Assembly (NCBI GenBank): GCA_963744065.1
Contig: CAVUSN010000023.1
Location: 45,559 to 109,558 of the forward strand
DNA from: an uncultured Actinomycetes bacterium
Lineage (GTDB): Bacteria; Actinomycetota; Thermoleophilia; Gaiellales; JAICJC01
Length of the DNA: 64,000 nt
Direction of reading: 5' to 3'
Under the pieces are notes generated by a model. That model was given only the letters and a program-made list of their open reading frames with translations. It was not told the origin of the DNA and did no database searches. The translations under genes were made by a program, and so were the position numbers. Of the stretch, positions 17,225 through 26,943 are shown piece by piece; positions within the stretch are counted from its first letter, which is position 1, and every line of letters starts with the position of its first letter.

Positions 17225-18384
17225 TGGCCGGTGCACCGTTGCCGGCGCGGGCGTCGGCCGTGATCGTGGGAGGCGGGGTGATCGGCGCCAGCATCGCCTT
17301 CCACCTGGCCGAGGCGGGCGTACCGGACGTGCTGGTGATCGAGCGCGGCCAGCTGGCCGGCGGCTCCACCAGCAGGGCGGCGGGCGGTGTCCGTGCGCAG
17401 TTCTCGGATCCGCTGAACATCCAGATCGGAGCTCGCAGCCTGCGCGCCTTCGCCGATTTCGGCCGCCGGCCGGGCTGGGAGATCGACTTCCACCAGGTCG
17501 GCTACCTGTTCCTGCTCACCCGCGACGCCGATGTGGCGGCATTCGCCCAGGGGGTCGAGACGCAGAATCGGTTGGGCGTGCCCAGCCGGATGCTGACGGC
17601 TGCCCAGGCGGCCGCGCTCAACCCCCTGATAGTGGTGGACGACGTGCTGGCCGCGGCCTTCTCGCCCGACGACGGCCACGCCACGCCGGAGGCTGTCGTG
17701 CAGGGCTACGCCAGCGCTGCCCGGGCGCTGGGCGCGGACATCCACACCGGCTGCGATCTGCTCGCGATCGAGTTCGAGGATGGCGACATCGCCGCCGTCG
17801 TGACCTCCCAGGGCCGCGTCGCCACCGACTGCGTCGTGTGCGCGGCCGGGGCGTGGTCGGCCAGGGTGGGCGAGATGGCCGGGGTTCTGCTGCCGGTGTC
17901 GCCGCTGCGCCGGCAGGTGCTGCACACCGGCCCGGTGCGGGGCCTGGACGGGCCGATCCCGATGACGATCGACTTCCAGACCAGCTTCTACTTCCACCGC
18001 GAGGTACCGGGGCTCTTGGTCGGCATGTCCGACCCAGACGAGCAGCCGGGCTTCGACGACCGCCCGACGGAGGACTGGATCCCCGCGCTGACCGAGATCG
18101 CCGGCCGGCGGGCGCCGGCGGTGCTGGAGGCGGGCGTGGCGGGGGGCTGGGCTGGCCTGTACGAGGTCACCCCCGACCACAACGCCCTGATCGGCGAGGC
18201 GCCGGCACCGGGCCGCTTCCTGTACGCGACCGGCTTCTCCGGCCACGGGTTCCTGCAGGCGCCGGCGGTGGGCGAGATCGTCCGCGACCTGTACCTGCGG
18301 CGGGAGCCGTTCGTGGACGTCGGGCCGCTCTCGGCCGCGCGGTTCAGCGCGGATCACCTGCGCCCTGAGCGCAACATCATCTGA
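17224..18384 (+). CDS. FAD-dependent oxidoreductase (DAO family; sarcosine/glycine oxidase-like)
   Basis: VIVGGGVIGASIAFHLA dinucleotide fold; GYLFL; C-terminal GFSGHGF. Start overlaps the methyltransferase stop (TGATG). Confidence 0.9.
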   Translation: MAGAPLPARASAVIVGGGVIGASIAFHLAEAGVPDVLVIERGQLAGGSTSRAAGGVRAQFSDPLNIQIGARSLRAFADFGRRPGWEIDFHQVGYLFLLTRDADVAAFAQGVETQNRLGVPSRMLTAAQAAALNPLIVVDDVLAAAFSPDDGHATPEAVVQGYASAARALGADIHTGCDLLAIEFEDGDIAAVVTSQGRVATDCVVCAAGAWSARVGEMAGVLLPVSPLRRQVLHTGPVRGLDGPIPMTIDFQTSFYFHREVPGLLVGMSDPDEQPGFDDRPTEDWIPALTEIAGRRAPAVLEAGVAGGWAGLYEVTPDHNALIGEAPAPGRFLYATGFSGHGFLQAPAVGEIVRDLYLRREPFVDVGPLSAARFSADHLRPERNII

Positions 18385-18397
18385 GCCACACGTCCCA

Positions 18398-18440
18398 GGC
18401 CGGTGCCTGGCACCTGCCTGGCACCTGCCTGGCACCGGCC
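18398..18440. repeat. GGCCGGTGCC-type palindromic element with three tandem TGCCTGGCACC 11-mers; probable bidirectional terminator
   Basis: GGCCGG(TGCCTGGCACC)x3 GGCC between convergent stops. Related to the perfect palindrome at 27817..27848. Confidence 0.7.
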
Positions 18441-18877
18441 TAGCGAAGCTTGATCAGGCCGGCCGGCGTGGGCTGGAAGCCGCACGCTTGGAAGTAGAAC
18501 GCCGCCAGGTGGTCGTCGAAGTCCACGTGTAGCCACTCGCAACCGGCTGCCCGGGCGTGCTCGACTGCGAATGCCACCACCCGGGTGGCGATTCCGCGCC
18601 GCTGCAGGCGGCCTCGGGTCTTCGTATCGATCAGGAATGCGTGGTCGCCGCCGTCCGTAATCACGTTCACGAATCCGAACAGCTCGCCGCGGTCGGCGCG
18701 GGCGGTCACCCAACCGTGGCTGTGCGGCCGGATCTGATCCCACCATCCGGGCACGGGCACTCCGCCGTAGGAGGCGACCAGCTCGCACATCTCGTCGTCG
18801 GTCAGTTCCCCGCGCCAGCGCAGCACAACGCCGTCGGCGAAGGACCGGGTGGTCTGAGGATGGGTAGGACTTGTCAC
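18440..18877 (-). CDS. GNAT-family N-acetyltransferase
   Basis: 145 aa. RLQRRGIATRVVAFAVEHA acetyl-CoA-binding-like motif; C-terminal FYFQACGF. Confidence 0.85.
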   Translation of the reverse strand: MTSPTHPQTTRSFADGVVLRWRGELTDDEMCELVASYGGVPVPGWWDQIRPHSHGWVTARADRGELFGFVNVITDGGDHAFLIDTKTRGRLQRRGIATRVVAFAVEHARAAGCEWLHVDFDDHLAAFYFQACGFQPTPAGLIKLR

Positions 18878-18900
18878 GGGCCCCGGAGTACTCTGGCTGC

Positions 18901-19773
18901 ATGCTACGGCTCGGCCTGGGCATCGCGACCGCGCTGGCGGCGTCGGGCCTGTTCGCCAGCGGGCTCGCGCTGCAGGCGGTGGAGGCGCGCTCGACGGGCG
19001 GCCAGCACGCGCTGCGCCCGTCCCTGATCTGGCGGCTGCTGCACCGCCCGCGGTGGGTCGTCGGCACCACCCTGGCCGGGCTGGGCTGGCCGCTGCACGC
19101 CACCGCCCTTGTGTTGGCGCCGGTCACCGTCGTGCAGCCCGTGCTGGCCTTCGGCCTGGTGCTGCTGCTGGCCATCGGCTCCCGGGTGCTGGACGAGCAC
19201 GTGACCGGCCGCCAGGTGCTGGGCGCGGCCGCCATCGTGGCCGGGGTGGCCGGGCTGGCCGCGGCCGCGCCGGCCCGCAGCGGCTCGCACGCCGCCGCCG
19301 GCCCGCTGGCGATCGCCATGGGTGCGGTGGCGGCCGTGGCCGTCCTGCCCTACCTGACCGGCGCGCGCATGCGCTCGCTGGGCCTGGCGGTGTCGGTGAG
19401 CGCCGGCTTCGCCTTCGCCTTCAGCGCGCTGGCGACCAAGCTGGTGGCAGACGACTACTCGCGCTCGCTGCTTCTGGCGGCCGGCTGGCTGGGCTGTTCC
19501 ATGGCGGGGGCGGCGGTGGGCATGCTGAGCGAGATGACCGCCTTCCAGACCCGCCCGGCGACCCGGGTGGCGCCGGTCATCTTCGTGCTGGACACGGTGC
19601 TGCCAGTGCTGATCGCGCCGTGGCTCTTCCGCGAGCGGTGGAGTGCCGACGGCGAGGTTGTGGCCGTGCTGGTGGGTGCGCTGGCGCTGGTCGCGCTGGG
19701 GGTGGCGATTGTCGCCGCCAGCCCGGAGGTGGGCACACTGATCGCCTCCGCCGAGGGCGGGCCGGCCGAGTAG
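18901..19773 (+). CDS. DMT-superfamily-like integral membrane protein
   Basis: About nine hydrophobic segments. Start taken at MLRLGLGIATALAASG (18901). The track start at 18871 overlaps the GNAT start. Confidence 0.7.
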   Translation: MLRLGLGIATALAASGLFASGLALQAVEARSTGGQHALRPSLIWRLLHRPRWVVGTTLAGLGWPLHATALVLAPVTVVQPVLAFGLVLLLAIGSRVLDEHVTGRQVLGAAAIVAGVAGLAAAAPARSGSHAAAGPLAIAMGAVAAVAVLPYLTGARMRSLGLAVSVSAGFAFAFSALATKLVADDYSRSLLLAAGWLGCSMAGAAVGMLSEMTAFQTRPATRVAPVIFVLDTVLPVLIAPWLFRERWSADGEVVAVLVGALALVALGVAIVAASPEVGTLIASAEGGPAE

Positions 19774-19789
19774 GCGCTCAGAACTCGTT

Positions 19790-21238
19790 TCAGGCGTCGA
19801 GCTGGCGGGGCAGCCAGCGGGCCGCCAGGAGCCCGCCGGCCACGCACAGCGCCGCCGCCACCGCCATGCCGCTGCGGAAAGCGTCCAGGGTGGCGGTGCG
19901 CGTCCCCGCAAGCAGTGCACCCGAGGCGAAGGGGTTGCCGTGGCCGTGGCTGGAGCGGGCGTCGAACACCAGCGACACGACAAGCCCGATCAGCGGCGTG
20001 GCGATCAGCCCGCCCAGCCGCGAGACGGTGGTGTTGACGCCGGCCGCCAGCCCGGCCAGATCAGAGGGAGCGGCCCGCAGCGCGGTACTGGTGATGGGCG
20101 CCACGGTCATCGCCAGGCCCAGCGCGAACACCAGCACGCCCGGCACCGGGCGCAGCGGCGCGGTGTCGGTGATGACCGCGAAGAGCAGCATGCCCACCGC
20201 CATCAGGAGCGGCCCGGCGGTCAGGTACAGGCGCGGGCCGTCGCGATCGGCCAGGCGGCCGAAACGGCCGGCCAGCAGGAACATGACCACGCTCACCGGC
20301 AGCATCACCACCGACGCCCGCACCGGCGAGTAGCCCACCGCAGCGGACTGCAAGTACAGCGCCAGGAAGAAGGTCGAGGCGCCCAGCGCTGCGTATACCA
20401 GGAAGGTGCAGGCGTTGGCCACCACGAACACGCGCTCGTGCAGCAGGGCGGTTGGGAGAAGCGGCGAGTCCGAACGCCGCTCTGAGGTCACGAACCCCGC
20501 CACCCCGGCGAGCGCCGCCAGCCCGGCGATCCAGACCAGCGGCCGCCCGAAGCCGGCCCGGGCGCCGTCCACCAGTGCGTAGGTGAGCGAGCCGAAGGCA
20601 ACCGCGATGGTGGCCGCGGCCGGCAGGTTGACGGGCTTGGGCCGGGTCGGCTCCGGCTGCCCGGGCCGCCCGGCCCTGGCCATGGTCAGCGTCAGCACCG
20701 CCGGCGGCAGGTTGATGAAGAAGATCCAGCGCCATGACGCGTACTGCACCAGCAGACCGCCCAGCGGTGGGCCGGCCAGGATCCCGATGCCGCTCCAGGC
20801 CGTCCACAGGCCGACCGCCCGGCCGCTGTCGGCGCCGTAGGTGGCGCGCAGCAGGGCCAGGCTGTTGGTGGTCAGGAGCGCCCCGGCCACGCCTTGCAGC
20901 ACGCGCGCCCCGACCAGCACCCCGGCGTTGGGCGCCAGTCCGGCCAGCATCGAGGTGGCCGCGAAGCCGAGCACGCCCAGGGTGAACATGCCGCGCCGGC
21001 CGTAGCGGTCACCCAGTGCGCCCGACACGATGTACAGGGAGGCCACCGCCAGCGAGTAGGAGAGCATCACCCACTGCTGCTCGGCCAGGCCCGCGTGCAG
21101 CTGGCGGCCGATGGTGGGCAGCGCGATGTTGACCACCGTGGAATCGATGAACGTCATCGACGAGCCGACGATGGTGGCGACCAGCGTCAGCTGCCGGCGG
21201 CGGGTGACTGCGGCATCCGCCGCGGGCCGCTCGGTCAC
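19790..21238 (-). CDS. MFS transporter, DHA2 (EmrB/QacA-like, 14-TMS type)
   Basis: GTG at 21238. FIDSTVVNIALPTI; GALGDRYGRRGMF motif A; LQGVAGALL. The upstream part of the 648-aa track ORF is out-of-frame P450 sequence. Confidence 0.9.
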   Translation of the reverse strand: MTERPAADAAVTRRRQLTLVATIVGSSMTFIDSTVVNIALPTIGRQLHAGLAEQQWVMLSYSLAVASLYIVSGALGDRYGRRGMFTLGVLGFAATSMLAGLAPNAGVLVGARVLQGVAGALLTTNSLALLRATYGADSGRAVGLWTAWSGIGILAGPPLGGLLVQYASWRWIFFINLPPAVLTLTMARAGRPGQPEPTRPKPVNLPAAATIAVAFGSLTYALVDGARAGFGRPLVWIAGLAALAGVAGFVTSERRSDSPLLPTALLHERVFVVANACTFLVYAALGASTFFLALYLQSAAVGYSPVRASVVMLPVSVVMFLLAGRFGRLADRDGPRLYLTAGPLLMAVGMLLFAVITDTAPLRPVPGVLVFALGLAMTVAPITSTALRAAPSDLAGLAAGVNTTVSRLGGLIATPLIGLVVSLVFDARSSHGHGNPFASGALLAGTRTATLDAFRSGMAVAAALCVAGGLLAARWLPRQLDA

Positions 21239-21295
21239 GCAGCCCGACCGCGGACGGGTTGCGCGCAGCCTGCTCCGGATGCGACCATACTCGTG

Positions 21296-21496
21296 ATGGG
21301 CGTCACGTACGAGCTGATCGACGCACCATATCCGTACCTCTGCGCCGTGTACCGGTGCCGGTGCGGGGCGGTCGTCGTGCGCCACGCAGACCAGGCGGCG
21401 GTGGCCCCGCCCGGCTGGCAGGCCTCGGACGACCCCGACGGCGAGTGCCTGTGCCCGGAGTGCGCGCAGGTCGCCGCAGCGCCGCCCGAGCCTTGA
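21296..21496 (+). CDS. small Cys-rich (zinc-ribbon-like) protein, 66 aa
   Basis: MGVTYELIDAPYPYLCAVYRCRCGAVVVRHADQ...GECLCPECAQ. Strong G/C third-position bias. Embedded at the end of track ORF 20894..21496. Divergent from the MFS gene. Confidence 0.5.
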   Translation: MGVTYELIDAPYPYLCAVYRCRCGAVVVRHADQAAVAPPGWQASDDPDGECLCPECAQVAAAPPEP

Positions 21497-21497
21497 T

Positions 21498-22680
21498 CTA
21501 GGCGTCCCACAGGACCGTGCAGCCTGGGCCGGCGCCCGGTATTCCCAGCCCCGCACCTGGCGCGGCGGTCGGGGTCGAGCCGCAGTCCGCGCAGCCGCTG
21601 GAACGCCATGCGGACTGCGATCCGGTCCTGCACTCGGGCCAGGTGGTGGCCGATGCAGAAGTGCGGGCCGAAGCCGAAGGCGGCGTTGGGCCGGCGCGGC
21701 CGGTCGAGCCGGTAGCGGTCGGCGTCGTCGCCCCACACCCGCGGATCGCGGTTGGCCGACGACACCACCAGGCCCACCGCGCAGCCCTCCGGCAGATCGA
21801 CTCCGGCCAGCCGGGCGCCGGCTGCCGCCGCCCTCGTCTGGGTGCCGATGGGCGAGATCCAGCGCAGGCCCTCCTCCACCGCGTCGCGGGCCAGCCGCTC
21901 CGGGTCGGCGGCGAAGGCGGCCGCCTGGTCGGGGTTCGAGAGCAGCCCCAGCAGGGTCGAGCCGGCGCCGTGGCCGGGCTCCTGCAGGCCGCCGATCAGC
22001 ACCAGCTTGAGGGTCGGCATGACCGCCGCCAGGCGCGCGTCCAGGTCGCCCTCGACCGACCCCAGCAGGTCAGACACGAGCGTCCCGTCGGGTCGCTCCA
22101 GCAGCGCCTCCAAGCGCGGCCGCAGGCGGTGGTCGATGTCGGCGCTGGTCGCGTCGGCCACAGCCTGTTTGGCAGGGTCGGCCTCGAAGTTCGAGGTGCC
22201 CGAAACCAGCCCGGCGAACCAGCCCACCAGCGTCGGCACGTCCAGTTCGTCGCCCAGCCCAATCAGCTCCGCCAGGCTGAGCACCGACAGCGGCTCCAGG
22301 TATTCGCTCATCAGCTCCGCCGAGCCGCGCGCCACCAGGCTATCCAGCAGCCGGCCGGCGACCGCTTCCACCAGCTGTGGGGCGCGCTGCTCGACCGCCC
22401 GCGGGCGCAGCGTCGGCTCCATGGGAGCGCGCAGCCGGCGCTGGGCCTCGCCGTCCACCGTCAGCACATTGCTGCCGCCCAGTGTGGCGTCAAGCGGCGA
22501 CCCCGGCACGGCGGCCGGGAAGCGGACGGCGTCCATGGCGGCCTGCTCGACGTCCGCCCACCGGGTGACCAGCCACAGGCCGATCGCCGGCACGTGGCAG
22601 ACCGGGGCGTGCTCACGCAGCTCGGCGTAGGCCGGGTAGGGGTCGTCCCACAGCTGCTCGACCGTGATCTCCGCGCCCAG
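21498..22680 (-). pseudogene. cytochrome P450, two frame changes near the 3' end and no canonical start codon
   Basis: Heme loop FGFGPHFCIGHHLA. After LRLDPD the product continues in a second frame (RPPRQVRGWEYRAPAQ) and ends in the third (TVLWDA, TAG at 21498). The N-terminal LWDDPYPAYAELREHAPV is in frame, but only ACG or CTG is available as a start. Confidence 0.8.
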
Positions 22681-22687
22681 CGCCGTG

Positions 22688-23701
22688 TCAGACGGCGGGG
22701 TCGCGGCGCAGCTCCATGGTCGAGCAGTGGATGCCGCCGCCGTTCTTGTGCAGCTCGAAATAGGGGATCGGCAGCACCTCGACGCCGCGTTGAGTGAGCG
22801 TCTCGGCGGTGCGCGGGCAGTCGTCCGGCATGATCACGCGGCCGGGCGCCACCGCCAGGCAGTTGATGGCCCAGGTCTCCTCGGGCGCGCACCAGATCGG
22901 CTCGATGCCCAGTGCGCCCATGCGGTCGAGGAACCAGTGCGGCAGGCCCGGCGCATCCACCAGCGCCTTGTCCACGTCGACCATCCCGAAATGCGCGTCC
23001 AGGTGGATCGAGAACCCACCCATTGGCAGCACGATCAACTCCATGCCGATCCGGGTCAGCAGCTCGCGCAGCTGATCGGCCGCCTCGGCGTTGCAGCGGA
23101 TGGAGGTGCCGAAGGCGGCCACCGTCGGCGTCAGCTTGGCAAACGACCCGCCCTCCAGCATGCCGGTGCCGGTGATCGTGCCCAGGATCGGCGCTCCGGC
23201 CGACGCCACCGCCCGGGTCACGCTGGCCTCCTCGCCCCGCCGCATGGCGGGCGCCATCCTCCCGATCAGCATGCCGCCGGGCAGCGAGATCAGCGGGTCG
23301 CGAGTGAACACTGCCTTGGTGAACCGCGGATCCAGGCCGTCGGCGAAGTGCACGCTGACGCCCTCCCGCTCGAGCGCTGCCACCAGCCCCTGGTGTTGCG
23401 ACGCGATCAGGTCGAGGTCAGGCGGCTCGCGGTCGGTCCAGTACCAGCCGCCGTCCGGGTCGACCATGGCGCCGACGGCCTCGTTCCAGGCGTCGGCGCG
23501 GATCTGCGCCAGCTCGCCGCCGGGCCGGCGCATGAGCACGTCGCGCAGCCGGCCAACCTCGTCCAGCGAGCCCCATCGGGCGCCCCATACGTGCTCCAGC
23601 TGGCCGGGATCGTGGAACCCCGGCTCGGGCACCGGCGGACACAGCACCTGGTAGTAGTCGTCCGGCAGCAGATCTTTGACGGTGGACGCCATGGTGGTCA
23701 C
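22688..23701 (-). CDS. amidinotransferase-superfamily enzyme (arginine deiminase / DDAH-like)
   Basis: 337 aa. C-terminal catalytic GGGIHCST. GTG start overlaps the kinase stop (GTGA). Confidence 0.85.
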   Translation of the reverse strand: MTTMASTVKDLLPDDYYQVLCPPVPEPGFHDPGQLEHVWGARWGSLDEVGRLRDVLMRRPGGELAQIRADAWNEAVGAMVDPDGGWYWTDREPPDLDLIASQHQGLVAALEREGVSVHFADGLDPRFTKAVFTRDPLISLPGGMLIGRMAPAMRRGEEASVTRAVASAGAPILGTITGTGMLEGGSFAKLTPTVAAFGTSIRCNAEAADQLRELLTRIGMELIVLPMGGFSIHLDAHFGMVDVDKALVDAPGLPHWFLDRMGALGIEPIWCAPEETWAINCLAVAPGRVIMPDDCPRTAETLTQRGVEVLPIPYFELHKNGGGIHCSTMELRRDPAV

Positions 23702-26070
23702 TGTATCCCGTCCGATCCGGCCCCGTCCTCTGCAGCGGGCTGCCTGGGCTGGGCCGGCACGGACATCACGAGGCGCGTCCCGCGGCCGGGCGTGGAGCGA
23801 ACCTCCAGCTCTCCGCCGGCCAGTCGCAGGCGCTCGCCCATGGCGTCCAGGCCGAAGTGCAGCCGCACCCGCTCCGAGGCCAGCACGCGGTCGGTGTCGA
23901 AGCCGACCCCGTCGTCGGTCACCTCACAGTGGATGGTGCCGCGCCGCTCGACCGCGGTCACCTGCACGCTGGCGGCCCGCGAGTGCCGGCGGGCGTTGGT
24001 CAGGCCCTCGCGCACGGCCCGGTAGACGAGCGTCTCGCTGGTCTGGCTGTAGCGGCGAAGCCGCGTCCGCACCTGCACCTGGAATCCGGCCTCGCGCGAG
24101 GTCTCGTCGGCCAGCGCCCGGATGGCCCGGGACAGGCCGTGCATCTCCAGGGTGGGCGGGCGCAGCTCGAAGCTCAGCCGGCGGGTGCGCTCGGTGGCCG
24201 CGGCCAGCGTGTCACGGGCGTGCCGGGCGGCCTCCAGAGCGCGCTCCAGCTCGCCCGCGGCCGCGGCCCGCTGCAGCCGGTCGAGGTCGACCAGGGCCGC
24301 GGTCATGACCTGGATCGAGTCGTCGTGCAGCTCGCCGGCGATGCGGTGCCGCTCGAGCTCCTCAGCGGTCACCATGGCGGCCAGCACCGCCGTCCGGTGG
24401 CGGTCGCCTTCGCGCCGCAGCTGCTCGGCCACTCGGCGGTCGGTGACGTCGGTGATGATGCCCTGGACGAGCGCCGGGTTGCCGTCGGCGTCGCGCAGGA
24501 CGACGGCGGTGTCGTGGATCCAGCGCACCTCGCCGTCGGCCCGCAGCACCCGGTACTCCTGCTCGTAGGGCTGGCCGGCGGCCATCCGGCGTGCGTACTC
24601 GGGCAGCACCTGATCGCGGTCATCCGGATGCACGAACATGCGCCAGAAATGGGGATCCTCGGCCCAGCGCGAGCGCGGATAGCCGAGCAGCGGCTCCACC
24701 TGGGGCCCGATGAACTGCGAGCGCCCGTCCATGTCGTGCACATAGGCGGCGGCCGGCATCTGCTCGACCAGCGCCCGCAACCGGCTCTCGCTGGATTCCA
24801 GCGCGATCTCCGCCTCGCGGCGGGCGGTGACGTCGAACAGCACCCCCTGATAGACCCGTTCTCCGTCCTGATCGGCCAACACCGTGCTGCGACTCTGCAC
24901 CCAGCGCTGGGTGCCGTCGTCCAACAGCATCCGGTACTCGCGGATGGCGAAGTCGCCCCTGTCCAGTTGCTCCAGGGCATCCCGATACACCCGCTCGCGG
25001 TCGTCGGGGTGTATGCGGGCCAGCCAGGCGTCCCAGCCCGACGCCCACTGCTCGGGCGGGATACCCGTCACCTGTTCGATCTGCGGGCTGACGTAGATGG
25101 AGGTGCCGTCCTCGCGGTCGGCGAAGGTCGCCGCCGGCAGCTGCTCGATCAGCGTGCGGTAGCGCTGCTCGACCTCCAGCCGCGCCTGCTCGGCCAGCAC
25201 CTCGGCGGTGACGTCGATGCCGACGCCCTGACGGCTGACGACGCGGCCGCGGCTGTCGCGGTTGACGCGGTCGTATTCGCGCACCCACACGGTGCGGCCG
25301 TCCTTGGTCAGCATCCGAAAGCGGGCCCGGTATGGCCGCCCCTTGACCACGGCGTCATCAAACGCGGCCATCACCCAGTCCCGGTCCTCCGGGTGCAGGA
25401 CGGCCTCCCACAGCCGGTCAGGGTCGCGCCGCCACTCGGCTCGGCTGTAGCCCAGCAGGTCCTCGCCTGGGCTGTAGAAGATGACGCTGCCCTGCTCGTC
25501 GGTTTCGTACACCGCGACCGGCAGCTGGTCGATCAGCTTGCGGAAGTGCTCCTCGGAGCGGCGCAGCTTGTGCACCACCCGAGCGTGCTCCTCGGCCAAC
25601 TGGTCACGGGCCAGGGCGGCTGCCAGCATCGGCGCCAGGCGTTGTGCGGCCGCCACCTGTTCGGCCGTCAACGTCGCCTCGCGCTGGCAGTAGTAGAGCT
25701 CCAGGAACAGCCCCCGGTCGCGCGCCCGGCGCACCGGCACCAGCAGCTCCAGCTCGGCGCCGATGCGCTCCAGGTAGGCGCGCATGAGCGGCGGCGTCCG
25801 GCGGTCGCGGCGGATGTAGCGGGTGGGCCGGCGGCGGCGCATGGCCACCCGCTCGGCGGGGCTGACGAAGAACCCCGAAGCTGACAATGGCTCATCCACC
25901 TGTGCAACTTCGGGCGCGGTCAGGATCCCCGTCACAGCGGCGTTGGTGAAGGCGTCGCTCTCCCGCAGCCACTCCGAGAACACGGCGTGGTCGGCGCCCA
26001 TGGCGTCACGCGCGTATTCCAGCAGGGCGTCCAGCAGGGAGGCCGAGTCGCGGCTGCGGGGAGGGCTCAC
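23698..26070 (-). CDS. cytoplasmic multi-PAS sensor histidine kinase (HisKA_3 / NarL-partner type), no adjacent regulator
   Basis: 790 aa. GAF-like N-terminus and three PAS/PAC units (repeated HPDDR and W..R motifs). H-box ERHRIAGELHDDSIQ. HATPase with DDGVGF and GLDAMGERL. Confidence 0.9.
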   Translation of the reverse strand: MSPPRSRDSASLLDALLEYARDAMGADHAVFSEWLRESDAFTNAAVTGILTAPEVAQVDEPLSASGFFVSPAERVAMRRRRPTRYIRRDRRTPPLMRAYLERIGAELELLVPVRRARDRGLFLELYYCQREATLTAEQVAAAQRLAPMLAAALARDQLAEEHARVVHKLRRSEEHFRKLIDQLPVAVYETDEQGSVIFYSPGEDLLGYSRAEWRRDPDRLWEAVLHPEDRDWVMAAFDDAVVKGRPYRARFRMLTKDGRTVWVREYDRVNRDSRGRVVSRQGVGIDVTAEVLAEQARLEVEQRYRTLIEQLPAATFADREDGTSIYVSPQIEQVTGIPPEQWASGWDAWLARIHPDDRERVYRDALEQLDRGDFAIREYRMLLDDGTQRWVQSRSTVLADQDGERVYQGVLFDVTARREAEIALESSESRLRALVEQMPAAAYVHDMDGRSQFIGPQVEPLLGYPRSRWAEDPHFWRMFVHPDDRDQVLPEYARRMAAGQPYEQEYRVLRADGEVRWIHDTAVVLRDADGNPALVQGIITDVTDRRVAEQLRREGDRHRTAVLAAMVTAEELERHRIAGELHDDSIQVMTAALVDLDRLQRAAAAGELERALEAARHARDTLAAATERTRRLSFELRPPTLEMHGLSRAIRALADETSREAGFQVQVRTRLRRYSQTSETLVYRAVREGLTNARRHSRAASVQVTAVERRGTIHCEVTDDGVGFDTDRVLASERVRLHFGLDAMGERLRLAGGELEVRSTPGRGTRLVMSVPAQPRQPAAEDGAGSDGIQ

Positions 26071-26158
26071 GCGCCGAGTCCCCGGGATACACGGATGGCG
26101 ACCTGCCGCATCACCAGGATGCTTGCAGAATCGCCATCCGTTGTCGCGTCTCGGTTGC

Positions 26159-26884
26159 TTACGCCGGCGCGATCCCGAATGTCACGGTGACCGTGGCGCT
26201 GACCTGCTGGGAGCCTGTCTGCACCGGAACCGGGGCTGCGGCCGACTTCATACCCTCAACGGCGCCGGCCGCGTAGACCGGATACCCACCGCCATTTGCG
26301 GTGATCGAGATCACACCCGTCACCCGCAGTCCTGCGGCCGCGGCGGCTGCGTTCGCCTGCATGCGGGCGTCGGCGACCGCCTTGGCGATGGCCTGAGCCT
26401 GACCCGCCTGCTGGTCGGACTGGGAGAAGTCGGGGCCCGAGTTGGCGGTCGCGCCGGCGGAGATGGCGTCGGCTTCCAGGCGGCCGGTCTGGGACACCTG
26501 GCGCACCGTCACCGTCAGCGACTGGTGGGATACCCATGGCTCGGATCCGTGCCCCTGGCGCCCGCCGCCGGTATCGCCGGTCTGCATGTCGGCGGCCTGC
26601 ACGCCGTCCTTGCGCATGGCCGCGATCACCTTCTGCATGGCACTCGAGGCGACGTTGGTGGCGGCCGCCAGGGTCGTGCCGCGGCCGCTGGTGGACAGGT
26701 AGATGGTGGCCTGGTCGGGGCGCAGGGTGGCCGTCCCGGTGCCGGTGAAGCGCAGGAACGAGGACATGCCGTGCGGGGTGGTGGCGGCGCGGGCCGGGCT
26801 GGCTTGAGAACCCAGCGAGTGGTCGGCGACAACGGCGAGCAGGGCGGCGGCGGCCAGCAGAGCCGCCAGGCGGGGCGTGGACAT
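26159..26884 (-). CDS. SIMPL-domain (DUF541) secreted protein
   Basis: Signal peptide MSTPRLAALLAAAALLAVVA. Ala/Gln-rich two-lobe pattern ending in QQVSATVTVTFGI. Confidence 0.8.
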   Translation of the reverse strand: MSTPRLAALLAAAALLAVVADHSLGSQASPARAATTPHGMSSFLRFTGTGTATLRPDQATIYLSTSGRGTTLAAATNVASSAMQKVIAAMRKDGVQAADMQTGDTGGGRQGHGSEPWVSHQSLTVTVRQVSQTGRLEADAISAGATANSGPDFSQSDQQAGQAQAIAKAVADARMQANAAAAAAGLRVTGVISITANGGGYPVYAAGAVEGMKSAAAPVPVQTGSQQVSATVTVTFGIAPA

Positions 26885-26943
26885 CGAGATCCTCCTTGGT
26901 GGTCGCCCCTATGACCGCGCCTTCGCCCGCGCGGTTCCCGAGA

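Noticed and set aside
18404-18436. Tandem 11-mer repeats that might suggest a CRISPR or a minisatellite.
   Set aside because: There are only three contiguous 11-nt units with no spacers, inside a palindrome. No cas genes are present. This is not a CRISPR array.
26092-26139. 9-bp inverted repeat GGATGGCGA...TCGCCATCC upstream of the PAS kinase, and a shared TCTGCAAG word with the kdpE upstream region.
   Set aside because: It is a single occurrence with a 30-nt loop. The shared 8-mer lies at different distances from the two starts, so it is likely coincidence.
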